DNA of 64,000 nt from Arenicellales bacterium (lineage in GTDB: Bacteria; Pseudomonadota; Gammaproteobacteria; Arenicellales; JAJDZL01). This document shows, piece after piece, positions 38,788 through 47,334 of the stretch. Within the stretch, counting starts at the first letter, position 1. Each line of letters opens with the position of its first letter. Location of the stretch: positions 71,433 through 135,432 of the forward strand of contig CBDCPT010000004.1 in NCBI GenBank assembly GCA_965220395.1, written 5' to 3'. Both the position numbers and the translations under genes were made by a program. The notes below the pieces were generated by a model. That model was not told the DNA's origin. It did not search any database and saw only the letters and a list, made by a program, of their open reading frames with translations.

Positions 38788-41700
38788 CTATTCAGAAGCT
38801 CTCCCGAGTAGGTGAACCTCGCTGATGGCAACCGAAAGTGTAGCAAAATCGATATTGCTGATAGACTTCATGTCGGAAATGATATTGGCCAGCATACGAC
38901 AGCCATTGTTGTTGGAATCCATCCACTCCGATACCGCTTCAGCAGAGTCGCTCGTTTTCGCCTCCCGTACGACATCGCTGGCAATTGCATACTGGTGAGC
39001 ATGAATATCATCGCTCAGCCTTGATTTGGCAAGACTGTGCCAGTGATTTTCTACTGGAAGCATTGACACTCTCTGACGAATCCACATCAAATCCAAACGT
39101 GCTCCTACATCAAAATACACGCGTGTGACAAATAACATCGGTTTTTTTGAATTCTTGATGATCTCAACAATGTCGAACGCGGTTGAAAGAGGAATTAACT
39201 CCGCGATCTGTCGAGCGAGTGGTTCCGGAACTTGATCATCCATCAACACCCGAACGTGTTCATTCAGTGGTTGGGTGTACTGATCTGTCAATGCTTTCGA
39301 TAGTTCTTTGGAAAGTTTGCTAATCTCGCCTTTGAAATAGTTTACCGTTCCTTCAACATCGATCGGAAGACTACGGTGACGGAGAAGCCATAATGTTGCT
39401 CGCTCCAACAGTCCTCCGGCAAATGAAAGCATTGTCATCTGGGTTTGTGCCGCAACCCTATTGTCGAGGTCTTCAATTGCTTTCCAGACATCCTGCATCT
39501 GGAAAATCTCTCTCGCCGCACAATATGCCCTAGCAACATCGCAACTCTCGGCACCCGTAAATTGCTGCATACGCAAGGCAAATGTGGGGCCGACGCGATT
39601 GACCATGTTGTTCGTCACAAAAGTAGCAACAATTTCCCGTTTCAGACGGTGTTTGTGAATCTCCTCTTTGAAATCCCGTGCCAATCTCTCTGGGAAATAT
39701 TCGTCTAGTTCTTTGATCAGGTATGGATCCTCCGGAACATCGGATGCGAGTAAAGTTTGGTACAGTGTCATTTTGGAATACGCAAGCAGTACTGACAGTT
39801 CCGGAAACTTGAGCCCGATTCGTTCCGATTCTCGACGTTTCAATTCATCCCGGTCGGGCAGGAATTCAATTTGTCGATCCAAGTCCCCAGATGACTCCAA
39901 CTCTCGAATGAATCGCACATGTTCCTGCAACAGATTTTTTGAATTCGCATTGACCAAGCTTAATGCCTGGCTTTGTTGGTAATTGTCAGTAAGAACCAGA
40001 CTTGCAACTTCATCGGTCATATCTCTCAGTATCTGTTCCCGTTGCTTCATGGTCATCTCACCGTTGTTCACAATCTGATTCAACAAAATCTTGATATTAA
40101 CTTCATGGTCGGAGCAGTCGACACCGCCGGAGTTGTCAATGAAATCAGTGTAACAACGGCCGCCGTTCAAACAGTACTCAACCCGCCCAAGCTGGGTCAT
40201 GCCAAGATTTCCGCCTTCGCCGACTACTTTGCAGCCAAGATCACTGCCATTTACTCGAATCAGATCATTCGAACGGTTTGCCGCATCTGCATGTGATTCC
40301 AATGTCGCTTTTACGTAGGTTCCAATGCCACCGTTCCATAAAAGATCAATCGGAGCCTTGAGCATGGCATTCAGCAATTCAGTCGGGGCGAGCTTGCTCT
40401 CGCTGATGTGCAGTCTCTTTTGCACTTCAGGAGAAATTTCGATCGCCTTAGCAGTTCGATCGAAAACCCCGCCGCCTTTTGAAATCAATTTCTTGTTGTA
40501 ATCCTTCCAAGTCAGTCCCGGATTGTCAAATAGACGTTTACGTTCTTCGTAACTGGCTGCCGCGTCTGGATTTGGGTCAAGAAAGATTTCAATGTGATTG
40601 AACGCACCAACCAACTTGATATGACGGGACAACAGCATTCCATTTCCGAATACATCGCCGCTCATGTCGCCGATTCCGATTGCTGTAAAGTCAGTGGTCT
40701 GAATGTCGGTGCCAAGTTCGCGAAATTGACGCTTGACTGATTCCCACGCGCCACGGGCGGTAATCCCCATTCCTTTGTGATCATAACCGACAGAACCACC
40801 AGACGCAAAAGCATCGCCGAGCCAGAAACCGTATTCGTCCGCCAGTTCGTTAGCAATATCGGAAAAGGTTGCTGTACCTTTGTCTGCGGCAACGACCAGA
40901 TATGGATCGCTTTCGTCGTAGCACTTTACATTTGGCGGGCTTACTATCTCGTTGTCGACGATATTGTCCGTAACATCCAGCATGCCGCGGATGAACGTCG
41001 AATAACAGTAGATGGCCTCGTCAAGCAATGATTTACCGTCTGGTGGTGGCTGTTTGACAACAAAACCACCTTTTGAGCCAACCGGAACAATCACCGCGTT
41101 CTTCACCATTTGTGCTTTCACCAGTCCAAGCACCTCGGTGCGAAAGTCTTCCCTGCGATCTGACCATCTTAATCCACCACGCGCGACCTTGCCACCGCGC
41201 AGATGTACAGCTTCAGTGCGAGTAGAGTAAACGAATATTTCGTATTTCGGTCTGGGATCCGGCATTTTCAGAATTTTGGATGCATCGATCTTGAACGACA
41301 GATAGCTCAGCGACTGACCACTCTCGTCAGTGCGGTAGAAGTTCGTCCGAATCGTAGATAAAATCACATTCACATAATTGCGCATCATGACATCTTCATC
41401 CAGACTCGTAATTTCATCTAGATAACCCTTGAGTTGATCTAAAATTTTATTGCGTTGACTGTCCGTCGAATCTGAAGACGGATCGAACAGCATCTGGAAA
41501 AACTCGACTAACCTGACAGTCATTTCAACATGCCGAGTAAGGGTTTCAGTAATATAGGAGTCACTGAATGGATTTCCGATCTGTTTGAGATAGCGACTGT
41601 ACGCTCGCAAAATAATTACCTGCCTCCAAGCTAAATTAGCCGTCAGCACTAGACGATTGAACCCGTCGTTCTCCGCGTCCCCGCGCCAGATATGTCGGAA

Positions 41701-43590
41701 CGCTTCTTCGAAAGTCGCTCGCTGCTGGTCCGGATCCAGATGATCACCTTTCGAATGCACTACAGTGAAGTCGTGTACCCAAAGAACTTCACCGGATTTC
41801 GGTCTGACTTCGTATGGTCTTTCTTCGACTACGTGTAACCCCATATTTTCGAGATAAGGCAACGCGTCTGAAGGGGAAATCTGTTTCCCGTAGCAGTAAA
41901 GCTTCAGATGACATTTTTCTTCGCTCGCCTCGCTTAAAGGGCGATAAAAGGATACGATGAGTTCATCCTCACCCAATCTGGCAAATCGCTCAAAATCCGC
42001 TGCGGTCATCCACGGAGAGTGATCTTCCTGATAACTGGCACTGAATGAATTTTCATAGTTTTTAAAGTACTGCGTACCGGTCTCTTCGCCATAGCGTTCA
42101 ATTGTTGCCTTGTATAGCGAATCCTGCCATGTGATTGTCGTATCTTCAACCAGTTGTTGAATCTCCGCCAATTCCCTTTTGGGAACAGAGTCTTTATCGA
42201 CATGAATCGTATAGGTAATACGCGCTAGCACCGACTCAGAAAAGGTGGAAAAGAAATCCGAAGATTTGCCTTCCAGGGATTCCATTAGAATATCCCCGAT
42301 ATTTACTCGCAAAGTTCGATTGAACAGTTCCTGTGGAACATATACGATCGCCGAATAAAACCGACCGTACTGTTCCCGTCTTAAAAAAACTTTGATACGC
42401 TGACGTTCTTGCAGTTCCAGAGTACCTGCGACATCCTCAAACAATTCGTCAGCAGAAACGCGAAATAGCATATCGCGAGGATAATTGTCAATGATGTTCG
42501 TCAGTGCTCGAATGCTGTGCGTCGTTTCCGAAAACCTGCTTCTTTGAAGGACTTTCTTAATCTTGACTCTGAGTAAAGGGATTAGGTTGGCACTGCCATT
42601 GTATGCGGTCGAACTGAAGAGCCCGACTAGCACGCGGAGTCCAGTACACTTTCCGCTTGATGAAAACTTCGGGATCGTGATTAAATCCATATAAGACGCA
42701 CGATGAATCGGGGCGTGCGTGTTTGCTTTAGTGATGATAAGTGACTGTTCTCGTCCATCTGAACTGAAATCGGCAACTGGAATTACTGCACCAATATCGT
42801 CGATTTTCCGCAATACGCCAAGTCTGGATTTCTCATTAAATCGCATCGTACCAGACTTTGAGTTCCTGAATTCACAGTAGCCGAGAAACGTAAAATTCCC
42901 GTTCTTCAACCAATTACAGAATTCGGCTTGATCTTCCATGGCTGGATTCTTGGAGCGTTTCATCTCCTGTTCAAGACTGCGAGCTGTCTCCCCGATGCGT
43001 TTACGCATCACTGGCCAATCCATTACAGCAGACTCAATGATTTGGATGGTTTGCAGCAACCGAGCCTTGAGAGTATTGATCTCATCCACACCAGATGGCT
43101 TGACGAATTGAAAATGAAGAAATGATTCAAACTCCCCATCCAAGAAATCTGCATTCAAAGGGGAGGCGATTTTCTCAAGTTCGCCATTAGAATTTCTCTT
43201 GACGGCAAATACCGGGTGTACCGACAAGTGAATTTTCAGTCCCATCTCCTTCAAAACCATAGTGATGGAGTCAACTAAGAATGGGCGGTCAAATGCAACC
43301 ACTTCAAGAACGGCATGTTTCGACCGCCAGCCATCCCTTTCTACGTCTGGGGTGTAGATGCGAATTTTGGATTCACCCTGCTTGCGTACTCTACCCAATT
43401 CCCGGTGCGCAAGGGCTACACCTCTCAGATCAAATAGGTCTCGTTCACTCAGGTCCTCGTACGGAACTCCGTGAAAATAGTGACGAACGAATTCAGCAAA
43501 CTGTTCAGTTTCAAGTGAAGGTAAATTGCCTTCGTCGCTGACAAGCCGGTTTATAAGAGCTTGTGTTTGTTGTGAATGCAGAATCGACAT
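38788..43590 (-). CDS. gdhB: Large NAD-specific glutamate dehydrogenase (~180 kDa class)
   Basis: 1600 aa, colinear with the bacterial large NAD-GDH family. The catalytic core lies around ...KGGFVVKQPP...VVAADKGTATFSD...GYDHKGMGITARGAWE...GIGDMSGDVFGNGML. Confidence 0.9.
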   Translation of the reverse strand: MSILHSQQTQALINRLVSDEGNLPSLETEQFAEFVRHYFHGVPYEDLSERDLFDLRGVALAHRELGRVRKQGESKIRIYTPDVERDGWRSKHAVLEVVAFDRPFLVDSITMVLKEMGLKIHLSVHPVFAVKRNSNGELEKIASPLNADFLDGEFESFLHFQFVKPSGVDEINTLKARLLQTIQIIESAVMDWPVMRKRIGETARSLEQEMKRSKNPAMEDQAEFCNWLKNGNFTFLGYCEFRNSKSGTMRFNEKSRLGVLRKIDDIGAVIPVADFSSDGREQSLIITKANTHAPIHRASYMDLITIPKFSSSGKCTGLRVLVGLFSSTAYNGSANLIPLLRVKIKKVLQRSRFSETTHSIRALTNIIDNYPRDMLFRVSADELFEDVAGTLELQERQRIKVFLRREQYGRFYSAIVYVPQELFNRTLRVNIGDILMESLEGKSSDFFSTFSESVLARITYTIHVDKDSVPKRELAEIQQLVEDTTITWQDSLYKATIERYGEETGTQYFKNYENSFSASYQEDHSPWMTAADFERFARLGEDELIVSFYRPLSEASEEKCHLKLYCYGKQISPSDALPYLENMGLHVVEERPYEVRPKSGEVLWVHDFTVVHSKGDHLDPDQQRATFEEAFRHIWRGDAENDGFNRLVLTANLAWRQVIILRAYSRYLKQIGNPFSDSYITETLTRHVEMTVRLVEFFQMLFDPSSDSTDSQRNKILDQLKGYLDEITSLDEDVMMRNYVNVILSTIRTNFYRTDESGQSLSYLSFKIDASKILKMPDPRPKYEIFVYSTRTEAVHLRGGKVARGGLRWSDRREDFRTEVLGLVKAQMVKNAVIVPVGSKGGFVVKQPPPDGKSLLDEAIYCYSTFIRGMLDVTDNIVDNEIVSPPNVKCYDESDPYLVVAADKGTATFSDIANELADEYGFWLGDAFASGGSVGYDHKGMGITARGAWESVKRQFRELGTDIQTTDFTAIGIGDMSGDVFGNGMLLSRHIKLVGAFNHIEIFLDPNPDAAASYEERKRLFDNPGLTWKDYNKKLISKGGGVFDRTAKAIEISPEVQKRLHISESKLAPTELLNAMLKAPIDLLWNGGIGTYVKATLESHADAANRSNDLIRVNGSDLGCKVVGEGGNLGMTQLGRVEYCLNGGRCYTDFIDNSGGVDCSDHEVNIKILLNQIVNNGEMTMKQREQILRDMTDEVASLVLTDNYQQSQALSLVNANSKNLLQEHVRFIRELESSGDLDRQIEFLPDRDELKRRESERIGLKFPELSVLLAYSKMTLYQTLLASDVPEDPYLIKELDEYFPERLARDFKEEIHKHRLKREIVATFVTNNMVNRVGPTFALRMQQFTGAESCDVARAYCAAREIFQMQDVWKAIEDLDNRVAAQTQMTMLSFAGGLLERATLWLLRHRSLPIDVEGTVNYFKGEISKLSKELSKALTDQYTQPLNEHVRVLMDDQVPEPLARQIAELIPLSTAFDIVEIIKNSKKPMLFVTRVYFDVGARLDLMWIRQRVSMLPVENHWHSLAKSRLSDDIHAHQYAIASDVVREAKTSDSAEAVSEWMDSNNNGCRMLANIISDMKSISNIDFATLSVAISEVHLLGRASE

Positions 43591-43899
43591 GAGATCACCT
43601 CCCTTGGCAATGAACTCTCAAGCTGATGCGCATTACTATACAGTACCATGAGAAAATTTGAGGCTTTGTAAATTACACGGACCTGAAATCCTTTGCAGTA
43701 ATAAACATTTATTGAGTTTTACAAGAAGGGCTATAGAGTGTGAATTTCAATCATTCATGCAATTAAAAATTCTGTCTACGAAATATTAACTTCAATCGGA
43801 TTGAAAGCGAGGTGGTAAATATAACGCGTGCGAGTATGGAGTTCACTCAATACCAAATCAGTATAATTTCATAATATTTTCATCAATACATGTGAGGTT

Positions 43900-44163
43900 A
43901 TGAAGATGATATCTTTCATCACTATCCGAGATATTGATCCCAAAGACAAATCTTGGCTTGAACATGAAGCACTCCAGCGCGGCGTTTCAATGGAGGAACT
44001 TGTGTGTCTTTTGATCCATGAGCAGTGCGAGAAATCGCAAAACCACACTAAACTGTCCGCAGCTTTCCAACGATACTTCGGGCCGGATCACGGTGTAGAT
44101 CTGCCGTTGCCAAAACAGTATGGTTATAGACCGATAATTCCCTCTGACGATGGTAAGCCATAA
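43900..44163 (+). CDS. FitA/VapB-type (ribbon-helix-helix, plasmid-stability-like) antitoxin
   Basis: 87 aa with ISFITIRDIDPKDKSWLEHEALQRGVSMEELVCLLI, typical of Arc/RHH antitoxins. It ends 2 nt before the PIN gene. Confidence 0.6.
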   Translation: MKMISFITIRDIDPKDKSWLEHEALQRGVSMEELVCLLIHEQCEKSQNHTKLSAAFQRYFGPDHGVDLPLPKQYGYRPIIPSDDGKP

Positions 44164-44165
44164 CT

Positions 44166-44609
44166 GTGCCTGTTACTTGGCTACTCGATACGAATGTCGT
44201 CTCGGAAATGATGCGTTCAAAACCTAATCCTCGAGTTGCTGAATTTTTTGATGCAATTAGCGTAGAAGAATTTGGTATTTCCACGATTACGGTCTGGGAA
44301 ATTCTTAATGGTATTGGCCGACTTGACAGTAGTCGTCGCAGGGCGGAAATCACCGAGCAGTTCCATGGATTGTTGGTCAATGTTTTTGAAGAACAGATTT
44401 TCGATTGAACTCCTGCGGATGCCCGGGTCTGTGCTTTAATTATGGAAACAAAGCGTCGCCGTGGTGAACCGCTTGACAGGCATTTACCGGATGCGATGAT
44501 TGCAGCGACAGCGGTTTACCAAGGTCTAACAATCGTTACACGTAACGAACGCGATTTTCGTAACACTGGCGCCAACACTGTCAACCCGTGGGCTGAATCA
44601 TCCGTATAA
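44166..44609 (+). pseudogene. vapC: PIN-domain toxin (VapC/FitB-like) interrupted by an in-frame TGA
   Basis: The N-terminal part is WLLDTNVVSEMMR...TITVWEIL... A TGA sits at 44406-44408. The same frame then continues as TPADARVCA...HLPDAMIAATAVYQGLTIVTRNERDFRNTGANTVNPW*, the normal PIN C-terminus. Confidence 0.7.
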
Positions 44610-44676
44610 GATGGTTCCGCACCATTGATTTGCTATTTGTATGGGTTCTCCTGAGTCAGTAGTAAGGCAATAAAAA

Positions 44677-45015
44677 ATGAGCAGAACGTTTCATTTCGAT
44701 GGCGAACAAATTGAATGCCCGGTTTGCCAAAATTCTGATGGAAGTTCGTGTAAATATGTTGTTTTGGTAGACGACAATTTTCATTGCAACTGTGATCGTT
44801 GTGGACATTTGAATGTTTTTATGGATGCCTACAATTGGCTTATTGCAAGTAAAAATGAAGATGGAGAACCTAAAGAGCTATTGGAGATTTCTGGTAATCA
44901 GAGAGACACTATTTCCAAAAAGTTACAAGAAATTCGAGAAATTGGAAAACAAACTCCTATCACCAGTGAATTCGTAAAGAGTGTTATCTGTAATAAGTCA
45001 ACTGAAACACTCTAG
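44677..45015 (+). CDS. Hypothetical protein with Cys4 zinc-ribbon-like N-terminus
   Basis: 112-aa ORF with CPVC...x20...CNCDRC. No family recognised. Confidence 0.35.
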   Translation: MSRTFHFDGEQIECPVCQNSDGSSCKYVVLVDDNFHCNCDRCGHLNVFMDAYNWLIASKNEDGEPKELLEISGNQRDTISKKLQEIREIGKQTPITSEFVKSVICNKSTETL

Positions 45016-45274
45016 CTCCTTCTCCATGAACTAATGTGCGTAGCATTTTACGCGTAAGCGAATACGCGCGTTCGACACGCTGAACCCTAGAGGTGAAAAT
45101 TCATCAATGTAGTAGGTCGTGCTGCAAAAGAAAGAAACATCTCAAATGATTGGTTGACTTCATTCAGACCCGTTCACTCGGCACACTTACTTTAGCTAAA
45201 ACTTGGGGGGACATCCTATCGTTTGTAAATATCTACTGCGGGTCAGTAAACCCGCGCCTTTAGCGGTAAATAAT

Positions 45275-45547
45275 CTATGCAGCGAGTTCATGTTTGAGGT
45301 AATCATGGTCAAACAACTGTTGGTTTTTTAGCATGACGCAGGTGACTTTGAGAAGGCAATCTGCAACGTTGCGCAAAGCTCTTGCGTGTCGGTGTCCACG
45401 AGTGCGAAGAGCGGTGTATTTGGCTTTGCTGACCGGGTCATGTTGGACCGCTGTTCGGGCCCAGTGGTAGATGGCCTGCTGCAACCGGGGATTCACTGCG
45501 CGACGCCGCACCACGAGATAAAGTTTGCCGGAACGCTTGTGACGCAC
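45275..45547 (-). pseudogene. IS110-family transposase, C-terminal ~90 aa only
   Basis: The sequence ...RSGKLYLVVRRRAVNPRLQQAIYHWARTAVQHDPVSKAKYTALRTRGHRHARALRNVADCLLKV... matches the IS110/IS116/IS902 C-terminal domain pattern. There is no N-terminal catalytic domain. Confidence 0.6.
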
Positions 45548-45679
45548 GGCAAATTTTTTCTAATTCTTTGTCGGTGAAGCGGCAGAAAAGCAGACTGGAT
45601 CTGCCCTAATTTGCTGTCAATTGAGGTTTGCATGAGCTCTGTGACCGACAACGTGGGCGGGCAATGCCCCTGATCGGCG

Positions 45680-45915
45680 TCAATTCAGCAACAATTGCGC
45701 CCGATTCACCAAGCGTTGGGTATTCACATTTGCGGAAACCAGTACTCCGACGCCCGACTCCTGTTCCCAGTCATCGTTGAATTCGACCGGCAAGGCCAGC
45801 CTTCAATACGAATATACTGATCGCCGCTGCGACGTCGAGGATTCGATTCAGGCGCCGTCGCAACGGACAGACTAGCGGACCATTCTTTGCGTACAGCGAT
45901 CTTCCGAAGAAAAGA
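45680..45915 (-). pseudogene. Slam/DUF560-like outer-membrane protein, internal fragment (continues the fragment at 52136-52582 across the RIT element)
   Basis: My reverse-strand translation starting at the RIT left end gives SFLRKIAVRKEWSASLSVATAPESN...QYIRIEGWP. After a frameshift it continues LPVEFNDDWEQESGVGVLVSANVN... This fits the start of a DUF560 barrel (I..r..W........DSN). The assignment is from memory. Confidence 0.35.
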
Positions 45916-45999
45916 CTTTATGTAAAGTCTATTGTTATGTAAAGTCGGATTTGAATTTGCCCGAAAATCAAGAACTTCCGGGCAAATCGCTTTACATAA
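45916..45999 (+). repeat. RIT left terminal inverted repeat (84 bp)
   Basis: The sequence is ctttatgtaaagtctattgttatgtaaagtcggatttgaatttgcccgaaaatcaagaacttccgggcaaatcgctttacataa. It contains three copies of the 8-mer ATGTAAAG or its complement and an internal 9-bp-stem hairpin (atttgcccg / cgggcaaat). Confidence 0.95.
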
Positions 46000-46047
46000 A
46001 TATAAAGTGTCTTCTCCCACTAGTCACCATACAAAAGGAGAAGACAC

Positions 46048-47334
46048 ATGTCATCATCAACAAAACCATGCGCGGTTTTCCAACCAGAGCATGATCCACT
46101 CAACCCTTACATTGAAGAATTTCACGAGCACCTGCGTCGGTCAAGCCTGTCGGAAAGGGTAATCCTGACATACATCGGCTATGCCCGACATTTTCTGACT
46201 TGGCACAGACAATCGGGTTTGGACATTCAGTTAATTGACGATGCGGTCCTGCGGCGATTCCGGGATCATGACTGCAGCTGTCCCCGGTATCACCTCAGCT
46301 GGAGTCAAACGCAGGGTCGGCGCCTCCGCAATAGGCTGTCAGGCGTATTGAGGCTGGTCGGTTTTTTCGAGCAGATCGGCAGAACCCGCCATCCAGGTGA
46401 GCAAGAACGGGCTCGCTGCCTGCTGAACGCGTTCTTGAATCACCTGTCTGAAAACGCCTACAGTGCGTCTACACGAAAGAGCTACCGGGGTGTAAGCACA
46501 CACCTGCTGGTCTGGCTTCATCAGTCGAGAATTTCGATTGCAGCACTGGATGTGGGTGCTGTGCATCGGTTCATCGGACACGATTGCTGGTGCGGAGGCT
46601 TCCATAGGGGGATTTCCGATAATGAAAAGACTCGTGCCGCGGTGAATCGTTTCGTCGAGTTTTTGGTGTCGCGAGGCGCGGTTTCAGATGCAAGCCTGAT
46701 GCCGTGCGAGAAGCGCCAGCCGAGGCTGCCGGAATTTGCACACTGGCTTCGCCGCCACCGGGGTATTCAGGAATCAACTGTCAATCAGCATGTGCGGCAG
46801 GTTTGCAGTTTGCTACCGCACCTCGGCACTGCGGAGGAGTATAACGCACAGCAGATTCGAGATGCGCTATTGCGTCGCTTTCAAGGATCGTCGGTGTCGT
46901 TAGCTCAAGCCGTGGCCGGTTCGACTCGCATGTATCTTCGGTTTCTGAGCACTCGCGGACTGTGTCCGCCGGGACTGGTCGGGAGCGTAATGTCGGTAAC
47001 GAAATGGCGGCTGTCTTCGGTGCCCCGGTACTTGGAAGCCGATGAGATAGAACGGGTCATCGCCACCTGCGACCCTGCCAATCCGGCAGGGCTGCGGGAT
47101 CGGGCCATGTTTCTGTTGATGGCCCGGCTGGGCTTGCGCGCCGGCGACATTACGGCACTGAGGTTCGACCACCTTGACTGGATCAATGCACGGATTCAGG
47201 TGTGCGGCAAATCCAGACGGGCCGTGGCACTGCCGCTGCCGCAGGATGCGGGTGATGCAGTGTTGGAGTATTTGGAAAAGGCGCGTCCGCGAAGCGATCG
47301 CCAACGGCTGTTTCTGACCGCAGTGGCGCCGTAC
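46048..47334 (+). pseudogene. ritA: ritA tyrosine recombinase, 5-prime part (429 codons) disrupted by IS insertion
   Basis: The recombinase core begins at ...RDRAMFLLMARLGLRAGDITALRF... The reading frame enters the IS at 47335. The track ORF 46048-47487 is read-through into the IS end. Confidence 0.8.

Noticed and set aside
45724-46162. ORFs 45724-46020 (-) and 45932-46162 (+), and the mirror ORF 51903-52103 (-), all starting MLCKVGFEFARKSRTSGQIALH.
   Set aside because: The identical N-termini are simply the 84-bp RIT inverted repeat read in both copies. These are artefacts of the repeat, not genes. Part of 45724-46020 is re-interpreted as the Slam-like fragment.
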